Part shown: in pieces, positions 22,601 through 34,613 of the stretch | Position numbering within the stretch: the first letter of the stretch is position 1 | How the letters are laid out: each line of letters begins with the position of its first letter | Origin: Selaginella moellendorffii | Lineage: Eukaryota > Plantae > Lycopodiophyta | Length of the DNA: 64,000 bases | Direction of reading: 5' to 3' | Assembly (NCBI RefSeq): GCF_000143415.4 | Contig: NW_003314301.1 | Coordinates: forward strand, 1,542,981-1,606,980 | The notes under the pieces: generated by a model | Databases searched by the model: none | Told to the model about the DNA's origin: nothing | Seen by the model: the letters and a program-made list of their open reading frames with translations, nothing else | Program-made: the position numbers and the translations under genes

Positions 22601-24314
22601 TTGAGGTTGTCATACTTTGTCCTGCATGCAGCCAGGCTTTAGACACAGTAAGCAAACAAGGCAGTTACCTGGCTTTTCGATTTTTTTCCTGCATCTGGCT
22701 AAGTTCCTTCACAACCTGCGCATGCTCCTGTTTGTTCTTCTCAATGGAATCTATTAGCCGTTTCATGCGACCGTCCAAGACTTGTCCTTCAGAGGCAAGT
22801 TGCTGGTCACGACTTGAAAGTTGCTGAAGATTTTCTTCCCAGTTCTTTTGAGCCTCTAAATCTGCTTGTTGTTCCCTATCATGAACCTCCTTGTCAAGCT
22901 TCAGCTTCACTGTTTTTGTACCAGCTTCCTCCTTTCTGGACAAGAAAAAACGAAGAATTATGCAGTATACAAATAAACAAAACGGCCAGAAACTTACATT
23001 CGGTGATACTCCTCGATCTGGTTCTCAGCAAGTTGCAGTTTTCCAGAGCCTTCAGCACCCTGCTCGTTCAAGTCGTTCAAGGTTGCAGTAACATCCTCAA
23101 GGTCTTTATTCAGCTTGGCAATCTCTCTACCCTGCTTCTTCTGCTCGTCCTTCTTCCGCTCCAAGTCCTTCTCTGTCGACTTGATTTTCTGAGCGATCCT
23201 ATTCATTTCTTCCTTCAGTTTCAGGCGCTCTGGATGCTGAAAAATTGACAAATTTGGTCAGCACTGGAAGCATTACAAATTTGTTTTTCCAACTAGCCTT
23301 TTTGTCTAGTTCCGTCTTTTTCTTCGTCATTTTCTTCTCCAAGAGCAACGCTTCCTTGGTGAGCGTGGCCTGGGCCTTCTTTTTCTCCCTCACTCCGCTT
23401 TCTGCGTCTTCTTGATCCTTCAGTACTTCCTCTAGCTTCTCCTTCTCAGCATCAAGTTCCTCCTGGGTCCGTTCGACATCTTTCTCTATATTAAACATCT
23501 GCCAGAGGTAGTATTCCGTCTTCAACGTTTTCTGCATGAAACAGCATAAGCAAGAAAAAGTTTAGCGAAAGAGTTAAAACGTACCAATTCGGACTGCAAG
23601 CGAAGATGCTTCTCAGCTTCTTCTTTTTGTTCCTTCTTTTGCTTTCTTTCCGCTCCTACTGTCCGTTTCTTCTGGTAAGTGAACACCGATTTCTCCTCGG
23701 CCCGAGTCTTCTGCTCTTCCAATTCTTCGTAGTCTTTCTTGAGCTCCTCCGAGCCAGAGATTTGCTCGAAGAGAGACGTAAGTTCCTTGGGATTTTTAGA
23801 AGCGATGGATTCCACATCACCCTGTCAGAACAAGACCCAGTTAAGAAAAGAACGATTCTTAGAGCGGTGGGCTCACCTGAAAGACCAAGAAATTTCGAGC
23901 TTTGACAAGGATCCCCAGCGTCTTCATCTTGTTGTTATACTCTTCCCAAGTCACCACACTGTTGTCAATGCGGTACTCGCTACTCCCAGCAGCAGTGATC
24001 GCCCTTGTGAACTCGAGCTCTTCTCCATTTCCTTGCAAGTAAATAAGCTTCACAAAAGCTTTCCGGCCCCTCTGCTCTCGGTCCTTGTCATCAAAGGCGT
24101 AGATCAAATCCTTGAGCTGCGCTCCTCGCAGCTGCATTGATCGGACGCCCAGCACGAAGCTGATAGCGTCCATGAGATTCGACTTCCCAGCGCCATTGGG
24201 ACCGATAATCGCAGTGAAATTCTTGAACGGGCCGATCACCTGGTGTCCCTTGTAAGACTTGAAATTCTCAACCTCGATCCGGTGGATTTTCCCATTTGCG
24301 ACGAGCGACGGCAT
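19677..24314 (-). CDS. SMC1: Structural maintenance of chromosomes protein 1 (cohesin)
   Basis: N-terminal ENFKSY, Walker [20 protein letters not shown], hinge ([17 protein letters not shown]), signature LSGGEKT, Walker [14 protein letters not shown]-terminal VVISLKD...[10 protein letters not shown]; multi-exon. Confidence 0.97.
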
Positions 24315-24586
24315 CGAGATTCCCCCGCTGGAGCGCCACCGCAAGGGAGAGAGAGCTCCTCCTCAAGAACCCTAGCGTGACTCTAAAGCCCTAAAGCTAA
24401 AGCGAGGGAAAATTTTTGTCCCAAGTAAAAGAGATTTATATATACACACTTTTTAAGTACATGGTCCGGGAATCTTTTAAGCAAGTAGCAGATTATTCTA
24501 ACTTTAGCCTCCCCCGCCGCTCGCAAAGGCTGGCAATCGGCCCAAAGGAAGTAAAAGCTCCTTAAAACTTTCATACTCTGGATCAT

Positions 24587-26676
24587 TCATTCCAGAATCG
24601 ATGATAAGCTGCCAAGAACAATAGAGAAGATTTGAAGAACTCTTCGAAGAACTTGACAAAGATCATTAAGTACCTTTCGTAGAAGAGCTCGATTGTTGGT
24701 CATCTGACCACCCAAGCCGGGCAGTCTATGCACAGAGAGCGCGTCCAGGAAGAGCGCCGCGATCATCCGCCAGTGCTTGGTCGTGAACGCTGGAAGCGCC
24801 TGGGAGAAATGCATCGTCCCCAGCAAGCGTCCCTGGAATGGTGTGTTTACAGCAAACAAGCGTTAGTGAGCTCCATAAGGATCAAGCGAAAGAAAAATGG
24901 ACTGGAAAAACTCCATGACAACATACGAAAAACTTCAAGCACGTACTACAGCCCGTTCGATGACAGAGAGAGGTTCAGCGATCGCCAGAGCCTGGACAAC
25001 GTCAGGAAGCACCCTGCTCACACAGCTCGATATAGTTCTCAGTATGTCCGGTGATGAAGAACCATCACCATCCACGGGTACTCTACCGTTCACGTCACGA
25101 AACTCTTCGTCATCTCTTCCATAGATGTGAGCCAGCGTGCCGCTCGACACCCATTCATCTAGAGCCATCCAGAGCAGCCCAAAGGGCGACACCTGAAAAG
25201 CGACCAGTTAGAGATTGGATGAGGGAAAAGAAAAGAGGACGCGAGCATCTACACAAACCTCCGCTTTGTACGGTTTTGGAGGTGCACTATACCAAGAAGA
25301 CCGACTGATCAAATCCTCCCTTTCTTCTTCGTCTTCTTCTTCTTTGGCCTCCTTGGTTGCATCAAACTCAAACGTCTCGGGGACTTTCTCATAGGGGGAG
25401 ACGATCTCTAGCCCCGCAGTTGCAGCTGTAATGGTAGAACAAGCCACTGAGTAATCAGTCTATAATCTGGACGTACCAGCCTTGCAAGGCTCGACTTCCC
25501 CCAGCGATGAAACATTGGCGGCTTGAGCCAAGGCGTCAGCTACAACCTGTGCAGCTCCAAGTCGTTCTCCCTCGCTCGTCACCGTGACGGTTGTCGAGAA
25601 CGTAAAGCTATCGTCCACATCTGGCTGAGCCACCGCTGCCGGGATCTCATCGGCCCAAGTGATGCGCTGATTCTTTCGTGGCGACTGCTTCATAGCGGAC
25701 TTCAAAGGCTTGGATGAGTCGTTTATCTGAACTTGCGGCTTAGCCCGTGGAACATATCCTTCGATGGAGGCGGAACGAGAGAGCTGGAACTCGAGGTCAC
25801 CGGGCTCACAGTCGGTGCGTTCCCGGACCACCACTCCGTCGCTGTCTTGGGCCGAGGCACTCATCTTACCCGCACTAGCGGCGGCGGGCACCGTAGTGGT
25901 GGCGGTGGTGGCGGTGGTGGCTAAGCTGAGACCACGAACGCAAGCTATGATCTCCTCCAGCTTCTGGTGCTCCATGATCCCTTCATGGTTGGACGGAAGA
26001 CTCGCCGCATAAGTCTTGCTGCTCACGGCACACCCGGTGGAGCAAAACGCTCGGGTCTCTTCCAGGTCGTAGACTTTGTGCTCGCGAAGTGATATGTGGT
26101 ACCGCCCCTTTCTCGCCTTCTCCACCTTGAGCGAGTTTGGACACAGCGGGAATCCACATTGCTTGTCGTTGCTTCGCTCGGTAACCACGTCCGCGTACTC
26201 GCTCTGTGTGAGAAGGCAAGTCGCGGCTTTGAGCTGGAAATCGCTCCTCAGGCCATTGTAGAGGGCCATTTGGATCGCAAACACCGCCTTCTTCATAACC
26301 TTGACGGCCTCGGCCACCGCCTGGGCCTTGGCGACGCCCTCGCCGGCATCGCCACTGTCCGACACCACCGATTCTGCGAGAGGATGGCTATGGCCGCCCG
26401 ATCCCTCGCCGTGGCTCTTCACACCGCCCTGGGCGGCCTTGACATGCTTCTTCTTCTTCTCCGGGAGCTCCCGGCAGACTGTGGTGTGCTTCTTCAACAC
26501 GCTGCTACTGCTGCTGCAGTGCTGCTCGCCGCGGAAGACGATGGAGGAGCTCTCATTGGACGCTAGAGGAGGGATTTCCCCTGGAATCAAACCCTAAGCA
26601 CAGAATCACGAAGAATTTCTCGAGCCTTACCTTGAATCGGAACGTCGTAGGAGAGAATTGGCAGCAAAGAAGGCAT
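24587..26676 (-). CDS. RPAP2: RNA polymerase II CTD phosphatase RPAP2/Rtr1 homolog
   Basis: 'SEYADVVTERS...CGFPLC...YHISLREHKVYDL...FCSTGC' zinc-finger domain, 'LKSAMK...ITWAD', 'WYSAPPK' and 'LSPFGLLWMALDEWVS'. The start at 26676 was inferred from splicing. Confidence 0.9.
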
Positions 26677-26918
26677 GAGACAGCGATTCCCTGGGCGCGG
26701 ATCGATTTCTCCTCTACGGCAACAGCGCCTTCTCCGGATGAACACACAAACACCAATTAGGTAAAGTAGATTTCTTCGACGTGAAGGTATATTGGAATAC
26801 CCAGTAAAAGGATATCCTCCGGAAAAGGCGGTGACGTGGTGGCTATACTTTATTCCGTACTAAAGATACTTGATGTTGTACGAAATTGTACGGAGAGGTT
26901 CTAGGGCAAATATTTCTG

Positions 26919-28191
26919 ATGCGGAGATTGGTGCCGGCGATCGCGTTCTTCGCGACGCTGCTCGCGATCGCAACGGCTAGCTCGGGATTCCAGTGGGATG
27001 AGCTAGACGATGAAGAATGGGGATTTATGGGATCGTCGCCGGCGTCGTCGCCTCCTCCTGGTCCTCAATCTGACCTAGCCAGGAAGAAGCAAGCGGCGCC
27101 TGAGGCTTCTTCGTCGCCGGAATCCAACAAGTTACAATTTCCGCTAGAGCACGCATTTGGAGGATCGGAGTTTACTCGTGCTGGGGTTTTCACAGCTCGT
27201 CTGCGGCCTTCTTTACGTGGTGGTCAAGTGAGAAAATGTTTAAATTGTTTTTGCTTGCTGATTCTTTTTTTTATGATTCCAGGCTCTTGGCAAGCTTCGT
27301 CTCTCCAGGCTTCCTTTGTCGGGAGCTGAAAAACAAGCATTCGAGGTAATGGTTTTGTTTCCGGTTCTTGGCATGAGAAAGAAGTTTCTTTCTTTTGCTT
27401 GTAGGAACTCTTGAAGGAGGATGGTTTTTACACCATCCGTGTTCCCGCTAATCCTCTCAGTCCCGGGGCACCGTTTGTCATCTCTTCGATCAAAGCTGTA
27501 AGTTTTGATCTTATAAAACTTTCTTTTTTATTCTTACGAGTACAAGTTTATGGCAGAGGTGCCTGGCCATTGCAAACTTGAAGGAGCGTCTCGACATTCA
27601 CATGGTGAACAAAACTTTTTCTTTTTCTTCGCTTGTGCTTGAAACTGATGGAAGTTATCTCTCTCCAGGATCAAGGAAACATAATTGCCGTAGGCTACAG
27701 CGCCGGTGCCGATTGTCCTTACCCCAGGGAGCTCAAACACGTAAGTCATTGTCTAAAACTTTATCGAGAGTGGAGAAGTTTAAATGAGTTTGTCTTTTGG
27801 TCATTTTCCAGCCTGCGTCATGGACCTTTGACACTCACATCGTCTCCAAGGGTGGGGAGCAAGCCAAAACTGTTCTTTTCAACGATTTTGGCCTTGGCAG
27901 CACCGCGGACGACACTCTTGGCGACGAAGCCATGGCAGCAATAAAGAAACCACCACCTGAGAAATCATTCTGGGCGAAATACGTGAGTCTCCACCTTTGA
28001 TTGTGAGAGGCCACACTCTTGTCGAGATTCAGCTCACACTCTTTTGCTTGTGACAGTGGATGTACATCATTCCGCTCGGACTGATCGTGATGAATGCAAT
28101 CACCCAAGTAGCAAACATGCAAGAAGAACCCGGAGCTCCAGCCGGAGGAGGCCAGCAAGCCCGAGCTCCAGCCGCGGTTCGCAGGCGATAA
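26919..28191 (+). CDS. EMC10: ER membrane protein complex subunit 10
   Basis: Signal peptide, 'LEHAFG...F..AG.F', 'DGFYTIR', and C-terminal 'EKSFWAKYWMYIIPLGLIVMNA'. Confidence 0.9.
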
Positions 28192-28362
28192 ACAACGATT
28201 GAAAACTCGACGAACGATTTGCGATGGCTACGAAAAAATCCCGTAAGAGAAATCTCAAGCGATGTCTTTGTCTGCATTATATTTTCCAGGAAGAAAAACT
28301 GGTTTTTTCCTCTCCCAAGCGGCCTCTCTCTTTATTCGAGCAAACGTACCACCCGGGAGCTG

Positions 28363-28749
28363 CTAGTGGCGCTTGAGATCGTTCTCCAGCTTGTCCAGAA
28401 ACTCGGGCTCCACAAATCCCTCCTTGCGCATCCGGATAATCGCCTGCCTGCGCGCCCAGTGATCGATCCGAGTGTCGGGCTTGGAGCTAAGCCCAACCGT
28501 GAGCATGATAATCGCGATCGTCCAGGCGGTGTAATAGGGAAACTCCCAATCCTCCCATTTGCGCCGCTGCCCCGGCGGCGGCGGCGTCTCGTTGAAGAGC
28601 CGCCCACACGGCTCGCGATCCCCCGGCCCCCACCATTCCTTGATCGATTCCCATTCGCTCTTCTCGGCGTGAGCGGCGCCACCGCCGCGCAGCCGCGAGC
28701 TGCCTAGCGCTCTTCGCAGCGCGCCACCAGCGGCCATAGCCCTCCACAT
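28363..28749 (-). CDS. NDUFB11: Mitochondrial complex I ESSS subunit
   Basis: Arg-rich transit peptide, 'LFNETPPPPGQRRKWEDWEFPYY', one TM helix, 'KPDTRIDHWA'. Confidence 0.9.
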   Translation of the reverse strand: MWRAMAAGGALRRALGSSRLRGGGAAHAEKSEWESIKEWWGPGDREPCGRLFNETPPPPGQRRKWEDWEFPYYTAWTIAIIMLTVGLSSKPDTRIDHWARRQAIIRMRKEGFVEPEFLDKLENDLKRH

Positions 28750-28776
28750 CCCTGCTTCCTTCTGCCCTACCCAATT

Positions 28777-28980
28777 GGAATCTTTCCGAGATGCTTTCCA
28801 AGTAATTAGGTGCCACGTCTGCCCTAGCCTTATGGAATCTTTTCGGGATGCTTTTCAAGGAATGTAGGTGCCACGTCTCAGATTACTTTGCCCTTGTGGC
28901 ATAAATTACTTTGCCCTACTAGTGTTCTCGGCGATGAAGCTTCTGGCACAGATTACTTTCCCCTAGTGTTCTCGGCGATG
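28777..28980. repeat. Local tandem duplications in the NDUFB11/TraB bidirectional promoter
   Basis: GGAATCTTT.CG.GATGCTTT.CAAG...TAGGTGCCACGTCT occurs twice (~28777-28820, ~28835-28878). ATTACTTT.CCCT occurs three times and CTAGTGTTCTCGGCGATG twice. Confidence 0.8.
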
Positions 28981-30066
28981 GCGGGATGGGCCAGGCGCGC
29001 CGACGTGATCAAGCAATTTATCGCGATGGGAAGGATCGCGCATCTCAAGAATAGCAGCAATGGAGCGGAGATTTTCCTGGTGGGCACCGCACACGTTTCA
29101 GCCAAGAGCGCCGAGGAAGTGGAAGAGGTAGGGCTTTGTCCTTCCTCGAGAGGATTCTTACTTTTTCTTCGTAGGTGATTGGAATCGTCAAGCCTGACAT
29201 TGTCGCGGTAAATAATCTTTCGATGCTAGAGCTCTAGTTCTTTTTTTTTTTTGTTTTCTAGGTGGAACTGTGTGAAGAAAGAGCCAAGAAGCTACTAGCT
29301 GGGTACCATGATACTAGCTTGTTCCAGAAAGTCCAGGAATTCATGAAGTTTCCGGGAGGATTGAAGCAGAAAGTAGTCCATTTGGCATTGAGCGCATCTT
29401 ATCAGGCGATGCGCGAGGCCGGTCTAGAACCTGGCAAGGAGTTTAAGGTGATTCTCCTCCATTTTTTTTTTCTTGGTGGCTACAAGTTTGTAGCATTTGA
29501 TCTTAACATCAGGTAGCCATGGAGGAGGCTAAGGCGAGACGCGCTGGCATTTTGCTCATAGATCAAAGATATGATGTAAGACCTTTAAGATCATGCGCAT
29601 ACTGTAAGATATTGATTCTTCTTATATATTTTTGTTTCCTGTGATTTTGTCAAGCGGCTGACAAGGACCTTTCGCTTTGTTTCTGCAGGTGACTATTTCA
29701 AAGCTTACAAAGGCGATCAGGATACGGGACGTCATAAACTTGCTTGGGATTGCCGGGGCGGACATGGAGCAGATTGTGGAAGGACTGAGCAGCGGAAACC
29801 TGATCGAGAGCATTGAAAAGCTAAAGTGAAGAGATGCAGTTCGAAAACTGACGAGCTTCATGGACAAGACCTTTCCAAGTGCTGTAAGTTCGTCTCGAGT
29901 TTCATACTTCACGGTAATCTCTGGCTTTTTACAGGTTAGAGTCATGCTTCACGAGCGGGACGAATATATGACACGGCAACTTTTGACTTGCGAGGGGAAA
30001 GTTGTGGGCGTTGTGGGCATGGCTCATCTGGATGGCATCGAGCGGAGGTGGAAAAAGGCACAGTAG
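28978..30066 (+). CDS. TraB-domain (TRABD/TIKI-like) protein with an in-frame TGA at 29827-29829 (possible null allele)
   Basis: Motifs LVGTAHVS.KSA, KPD.V.VELC..R, PGKEFKVAM, LIDQ, LHERDEYM and VVGVVGMAHLDGI; one internal stop. Confidence 0.85.
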
Positions 30067-30224
30067 GTGCTTTTATTCCTCTAATGAGTGGCCACTCTGT
30101 GGACATCAAGGTTTGTTCGTCTGGTACTTCACATCCGGATTTGTAACTGCGCTTCTCTTACATAGTGGCGACATGTAGCAGAGCTTCTGGACGAGGACTA
30201 TGAATGGACTTGTCAACAGCAAAG

Positions 30225-31370
30225 TCAATGCCTGGTCTGTCCCGGCCTTTGAAGAAGACCTTGGATTATCACCTTCTTCCGGTATTCAGTAGACGAATAG
30301 TCGTGGAGCTCGCCGGTAGAGCTTGACCGAGACCTCGGGACGGTCTGGCCATGGGAACTACCAGCTTCGACCTCGGAAACGGGGGCAGAAGGACCCGGAG
30401 GATCCTCCACAACACCAGCGGCTGTCTCAGATTTCCGACGAATACTTATCCGGGGGAGCAGGAACCAAAAGCAGCTCGTGATGACTATAGCCTGGAGCTG
30501 TCCTGCCAAAAGAGCTGCCTGGACAACAAGAAGTACCGCAACAAGTATGGTCAAGTTGCAACCTTTTCCATCTCGTTCCAGCGCTGTCGCTTGGAGCCTC
30601 GTGTTGGTGGCTTGGACGGTCCCGATCACGGTGTGACACCTGAGAAGCTTCTTATTGTCGGGGCGATCTTCCGGAGAAAGGTTTCTTCTATTCCTGGAGG
30701 GACGGCTCGGGGAGGCAGGGGTGCTATAGGACTGATCTCCTGGCTCGAGAACTGGAGGAAGTGTACCGGGGCTCATTGACGACTTCGAAGTTAAAGGATC
30801 AGGGAGCTGAGAAGTCGAAGCGGAAGAATCTGCCGCGAGAACGAGTGAAGAAACAGGACCGAGTTGCTCGGTCTTCTTCCTCAATGATGCTGCCGATGAT
30901 GATGCTGTAGAGACTGCAGCCCACGTCAAGGAAGCAATGGACTTAACTGCAGCAGCCTTCCACAGGGCCACGGAGACAAGAAGCATCGTCGTGTTCCTGC
31001 TGCTGCTGCTGCTGCTGCTTGGCCTCCAGGATTCGATGAGAAAATCGTCGGCGAGAGCAGCTTGCTCGACAATGCTCAGATCAGATTCTGACTTGTCCGA
31101 GCTGATGAGGACTGGAACTGAAAATCTGGCCGAGGAGGACTTGGCTATGGGATTGTCTGCTGCAAAGGGAAGCGATCTCGCAGTGCTAGGGACTGTCACG
31201 CTCGCCTGCTCGGCTACGACGTCGAATTTCGATGCTGGAGCGTGTGCGAATTTATCCGAACCTTTACTCATCGTCGGCAGGCCGTTCCTGGACCGCTTCT
31301 TCTTCTTGCTGCTGCTGCTCCTGCTGCTACTGCTGCTGCTGCTGCTGAAGCACGACCAGATTGACGACAT
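30225..31370 (-). CDS. Uncharacterised Ser-rich membrane protein (At5g23160-like)
   Basis: N-terminal 'SCF', two C-terminal hydrophobic helices, terminal 'STEYRKKVIIQGLLQR' resembling a recalled 'EYKKRV.M.GLL.R' motif. Confidence 0.65.
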   Translation of the reverse strand: MSSIWSCFSSSSSSSSRSSSSKKKKRSRNGLPTMSKGSDKFAHAPASKFDVVAEQASVTVPSTARSLPFAADNPIAKSSSARFSVPVLISSDKSESDLSIVEQAALADDFLIESWRPSSSSSSSRNTTMLLVSVALWKAAAVKSIASLTWAAVSTASSSAASLRKKTEQLGPVSSLVLAADSSASTSQLPDPLTSKSSMSPGTLPPVLEPGDQSYSTPASPSRPSRNRRNLSPEDRPDNKKLLRCHTVIGTVQATNTRLQATALERDGKGCNLTILVAVLLVVQAALLAGQLQAIVITSCFWFLLPRISIRRKSETAAGVVEDPPGPSAPVSEVEAGSSHGQTVPRSRSSSTGELHDYSSTEYRKKVIIQGLLQRPGQTRH

Positions 31371-31935
31371 CCTCCTTCCAGTGTAAGCCTTTCCAGTTTT
31401 CTCAGGGATTTGCTGATATGCATACATGGCCTTTGCAACTTGGGCACAGCAAAAGAGAGGAAATGGAGTCCATCCAGCACAAGAAAGTTGCCATGCTCCT
31501 GACTTGTGAGAAGACACGGAGAAGAATGGACTGACTAGCTCAAGTCAAGGTACTATGCCTTTATATGTGCGCTAAACTAAAACAAAGCTTGAGTTTTCTT
31601 CTACTTCTTCCATTCTTCCAGGCACACATTAGCTACAGAATGGATGACATAGTCCATTGCTATAGTCGGTCCATGTTATAAAAGGCCGAGTTGTGCGCTC
31701 CACTCGACCTGGCTCACGGGTAGACTTCCACAAATATGTGAAGAACACTGTTAGCTAGAAAAGATTGATTCTTTCAGTGTTTATAAGTGTTATATTTCAC
31801 TTTCCACCTTGATCACAATATCTCAGCAGGAACAACATAATTCTAAATCTTGGAACGTTCAAATGGGAATATAATTTCCCCCCTCATTTTTGTTATGTTA
31901 AATGTAGATGTTCTCAGAAAGATAAATAATATTGT

Positions 31936-32108
31936 TGTGAAGTGTACAGATATTAGCATAATGTGATTTTGGTAGCTGTCAGATTAATTTCAATCAATAC
32001 CACTTGATATCCTTGGAAACTTTTATCTTGCAAGAGATTAAACTAATGTTTTTGAGTTTATTGATGTGCACATTTCTGCATTTCATTTCCATATTCCATG
32101 CACTCACA
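31936..32108 (+). mobile_element. Solo LTR of the short-LTR gypsy family
   Basis: TGTGA...ATATTAGCATAATG.GATTTTGGTAGC..TCAGATTAATTTCAATC...CCATATTCCATGCACTCACA matches the LTRs at 58265 and 63743; flanks TTGT/CTGT. Confidence 0.8.
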
Positions 32109-32306
32109 CTGTTAAAAATAAAATTTTCGATAACTTATTAATTTAAATTGATGCTTTTGAAAACAAACACATGTCATACTTTGAAAATGCATACGACTTA
32201 TATTAAATTTTGTGGTGCCATCTAGAAGAATAAAATCCCAACTCAATATATACTTTATCACAGGTAAGAGGTTCTTGTCCACAAAAGTAATAACAATATA
32301 TGTGAT

Positions 32307-34406
32307 CTAACTGTTGTTAATGGTATAGACATTGGAGAGCATCACATATGCCGTGTGATCGCTCGGCTCGATCACAGCCACCTCCCCAGCCGCCACTCCA
32401 GCAATCTCCACACCACTACTGTGAACTCTACACGCGCCCAGCAAGCTCCTCCAGGGCGCTGCGTTTGGGAAGAATGGCATTGCCTGGAGGAGCTCCTGGA
32501 CATCCCCAATCCTCCCAGATCGACCCAACAGATCCGCCACGCATTCGTAATGCTCGATCCCCGGCACCACTCTGCAATCGCCCACCACGAGAGCGAAGTA
32601 GCTGTGGAAGCTCTCGATCATCCCCGCGTGGCCGCACGCCGTGAGCACGGCCGTGAGTGTGATCCCGTTTGGATCGAAGCCGTGGAGGAGCATCTCGTGG
32701 AAGAGGTGGATCGAGAGGTTGCCGGCGCTGGAGCGAGCAGAGGCGACGATGATCGCGTTCCAGGTGATGGCGTCGATGGATCCACCGCCGCCGCGATCGC
32801 GATCTTGGAGTGCGCTCTGGAAGACGCGCATCGCATCGAGCAGGCTACCGCATTTGGAGTACATCCTCACCAGAGAATTCAGCAGCACGGTGTCGGATTC
32901 CATCCCTCGATCGATGATCGTGGCGTGGATCTCTCGCCCGCGATCCAGCGATTCCAAGCTCGCGCACGCGCCCAAGAGGATCGAGAGCGTGAAGGCCGTG
33001 GTCTCGATCGGGGGCGAGGTTTGACTCGCCATCGCGCGGTAGAGCTCGATCGCGTCTTGGGCGCGCTCGTGCTGGACGTAGCCAGCGATCATCGCGTTCC
33101 ACACCACCCCGGATCGCGATTGCTCCTCGGCGCGATCGAAGGCTTCTCTCGCCTCGTCCAGGGATCCACACTTGGAGTACATGCTGATGAGCGATCCGAG
33201 CACGGAGCTCTCCATCATCGATGATCCAGTGCGCTTCTTTCTCGCGATGATCCTCGCGTGGATAGCCCTGCCCTGATCGATTGCTCCGGTGTTAGCACAC
33301 GCCATGAGCACGATCGAGTAAGTGTAGCCATCGGGCTCGAGATCCTCGCGGCCGTGGCTATCGATCGAGAGGAGCAGCGATTGGAAGAGCTCCAGCGCTT
33401 CCTTGCAACGCCCGTGATGCGTGTAGGCCGCGATGATCGCCGTCCACGCGAAGATCGTGATGGAGCACCGCGGCGCTCGATCAAACACGAGCTTTGCTTC
33501 GTCCAGGCTCTGGCACCGCCCAAATGCCGCAATGAGGGAAGTGGTGGCATCGCTGGACTGGATCCCACTCTCAAGGAATCGCAAGTGGATGGATCGAACG
33601 AGAGAGAGGGAAGAACAAGCGCCAAGAACACTCACAAACGTCGCCTCGCTGGGATCTAGCCCTTGCGCGGTCATCTCCAGATAGAGCAAGATCGCCTCGC
33701 GCAAATGCCCATTCCGGGCAAATGCTGCGATCGTCGCGTTCCAGGCGATGGAATCTCTCTGGCGCATCGAATCAAAGACGATCTTTGCCTCTCCAACACA
33801 GCCACACTTGGCATACATGTTGATGATCGCGGTGTCAAGGATCACATCCCGGATCGATCGATCGTAGCAGCGCGCGTGGATTGCCCGCCCGCTGGCCAAA
33901 TCCCCCAAGCTCGAGCACGCCGCCAGCGCAATCGTGTAGACGAAAGCATCCGGCTCGATCGATCGATAGGAGGGCTCTTCTCTCTTCTCGAGGCAGTGAT
34001 AGAGATCCAGCGCGCGATCGAATCGCCCGCGCTGGACGTAGCCGCCCATCATCGTCGTCCACGAGAAGAGATTACGGTGGGCGAGGCCATCGAAGATCGA
34101 TCGCGCGCGATCGAGGTCGCCGCAGCGAGCGTAGAGCTGGAGGAGAAGATTGCCCAAGAAGGGCGCGGTGGGCGCGGCGCGAGGATCTTTCTCTTTGGCG
34201 GCGAGGATGTGAGCGTGGATTTGCCTGCCATGGCCAAGCGCCTTGCGAGCTATGCATTGCTTGAGCAAGGAAGCGTAAGTGGCAGCGCTCACTCTGGAAG
34301 ATCTCTCCAGTTCTTCCATAGCCATCGTTTGCTCGGTTCCATTTAGAACCACACGCTGTGCTCCCGACCGGCAATTCCTTAGTACTTGCGTCCATAGCTC
34401 CACCAT
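32307..34406 (-). CDS. PLS-class PPR protein with E domain
   Basis: Intronless; 'FLGNLLLQLYARCG', 'MYAKCG', 'LTACGHAG', 'EHYECVADLLGRSG', 'AYVMLSNVY'. Confidence 0.95.
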   Translation of the reverse strand: MVELWTQVLRNCRSGAQRVVLNGTEQTMAMEELERSSRVSAATYASLLKQCIARKALGHGRQIHAHILAAKEKDPRAAPTAPFLGNLLLQLYARCGDLDRARSIFDGLAHRNLFSWTTMMGGYVQRGRFDRALDLYHCLEKREEPSYRSIEPDAFVYTIALAACSSLGDLASGRAIHARCYDRSIRDVILDTAIINMYAKCGCVGEAKIVFDSMRQRDSIAWNATIAAFARNGHLREAILLYLEMTAQGLDPSEATFVSVLGACSSLSLVRSIHLRFLESGIQSSDATTSLIAAFGRCQSLDEAKLVFDRAPRCSITIFAWTAIIAAYTHHGRCKEALELFQSLLLSIDSHGREDLEPDGYTYSIVLMACANTGAIDQGRAIHARIIARKKRTGSSMMESSVLGSLISMYSKCGSLDEAREAFDRAEEQSRSGVVWNAMIAGYVQHERAQDAIELYRAMASQTSPPIETTAFTLSILLGACASLESLDRGREIHATIIDRGMESDTVLLNSLVRMYSKCGSLLDAMRVFQSALQDRDRGGGGSIDAITWNAIIVASARSSAGNLSIHLFHEMLLHGFDPNGITLTAVLTACGHAGMIESFHSYFALVVGDCRVVPGIEHYECVADLLGRSGRIGDVQELLQAMPFFPNAAPWRSLLGACRVHSSGVEIAGVAAGEVAVIEPSDHTAYVMLSNVYTINNS

Positions 34407-34613
34407 CACCCTCCTCCTTTCCTTCTCCTCCAAAACTCCATAGCTACAACCTCTTCAAGCTCCATTCTTCTTCTCTTTAAAACTTTTACGATCATCCAAA
34501 GTTCTTCGATCATTATACTTGTAGCCTACAACCGAGAGAAAACTTTGCAAGTTCTCGTAGTGGAACGAACTTCTTGCGAGTAAGGAAAGAGAGATCGATC
34601 TTAGAAGCTAAGT

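Noticed and set aside
29827-30224. Selenocysteine recoding of the TraB TGA
   Set aside because: No convincing SECIS core downstream, the position is not a Cys site as far as I recall, and land plants lack Sec machinery
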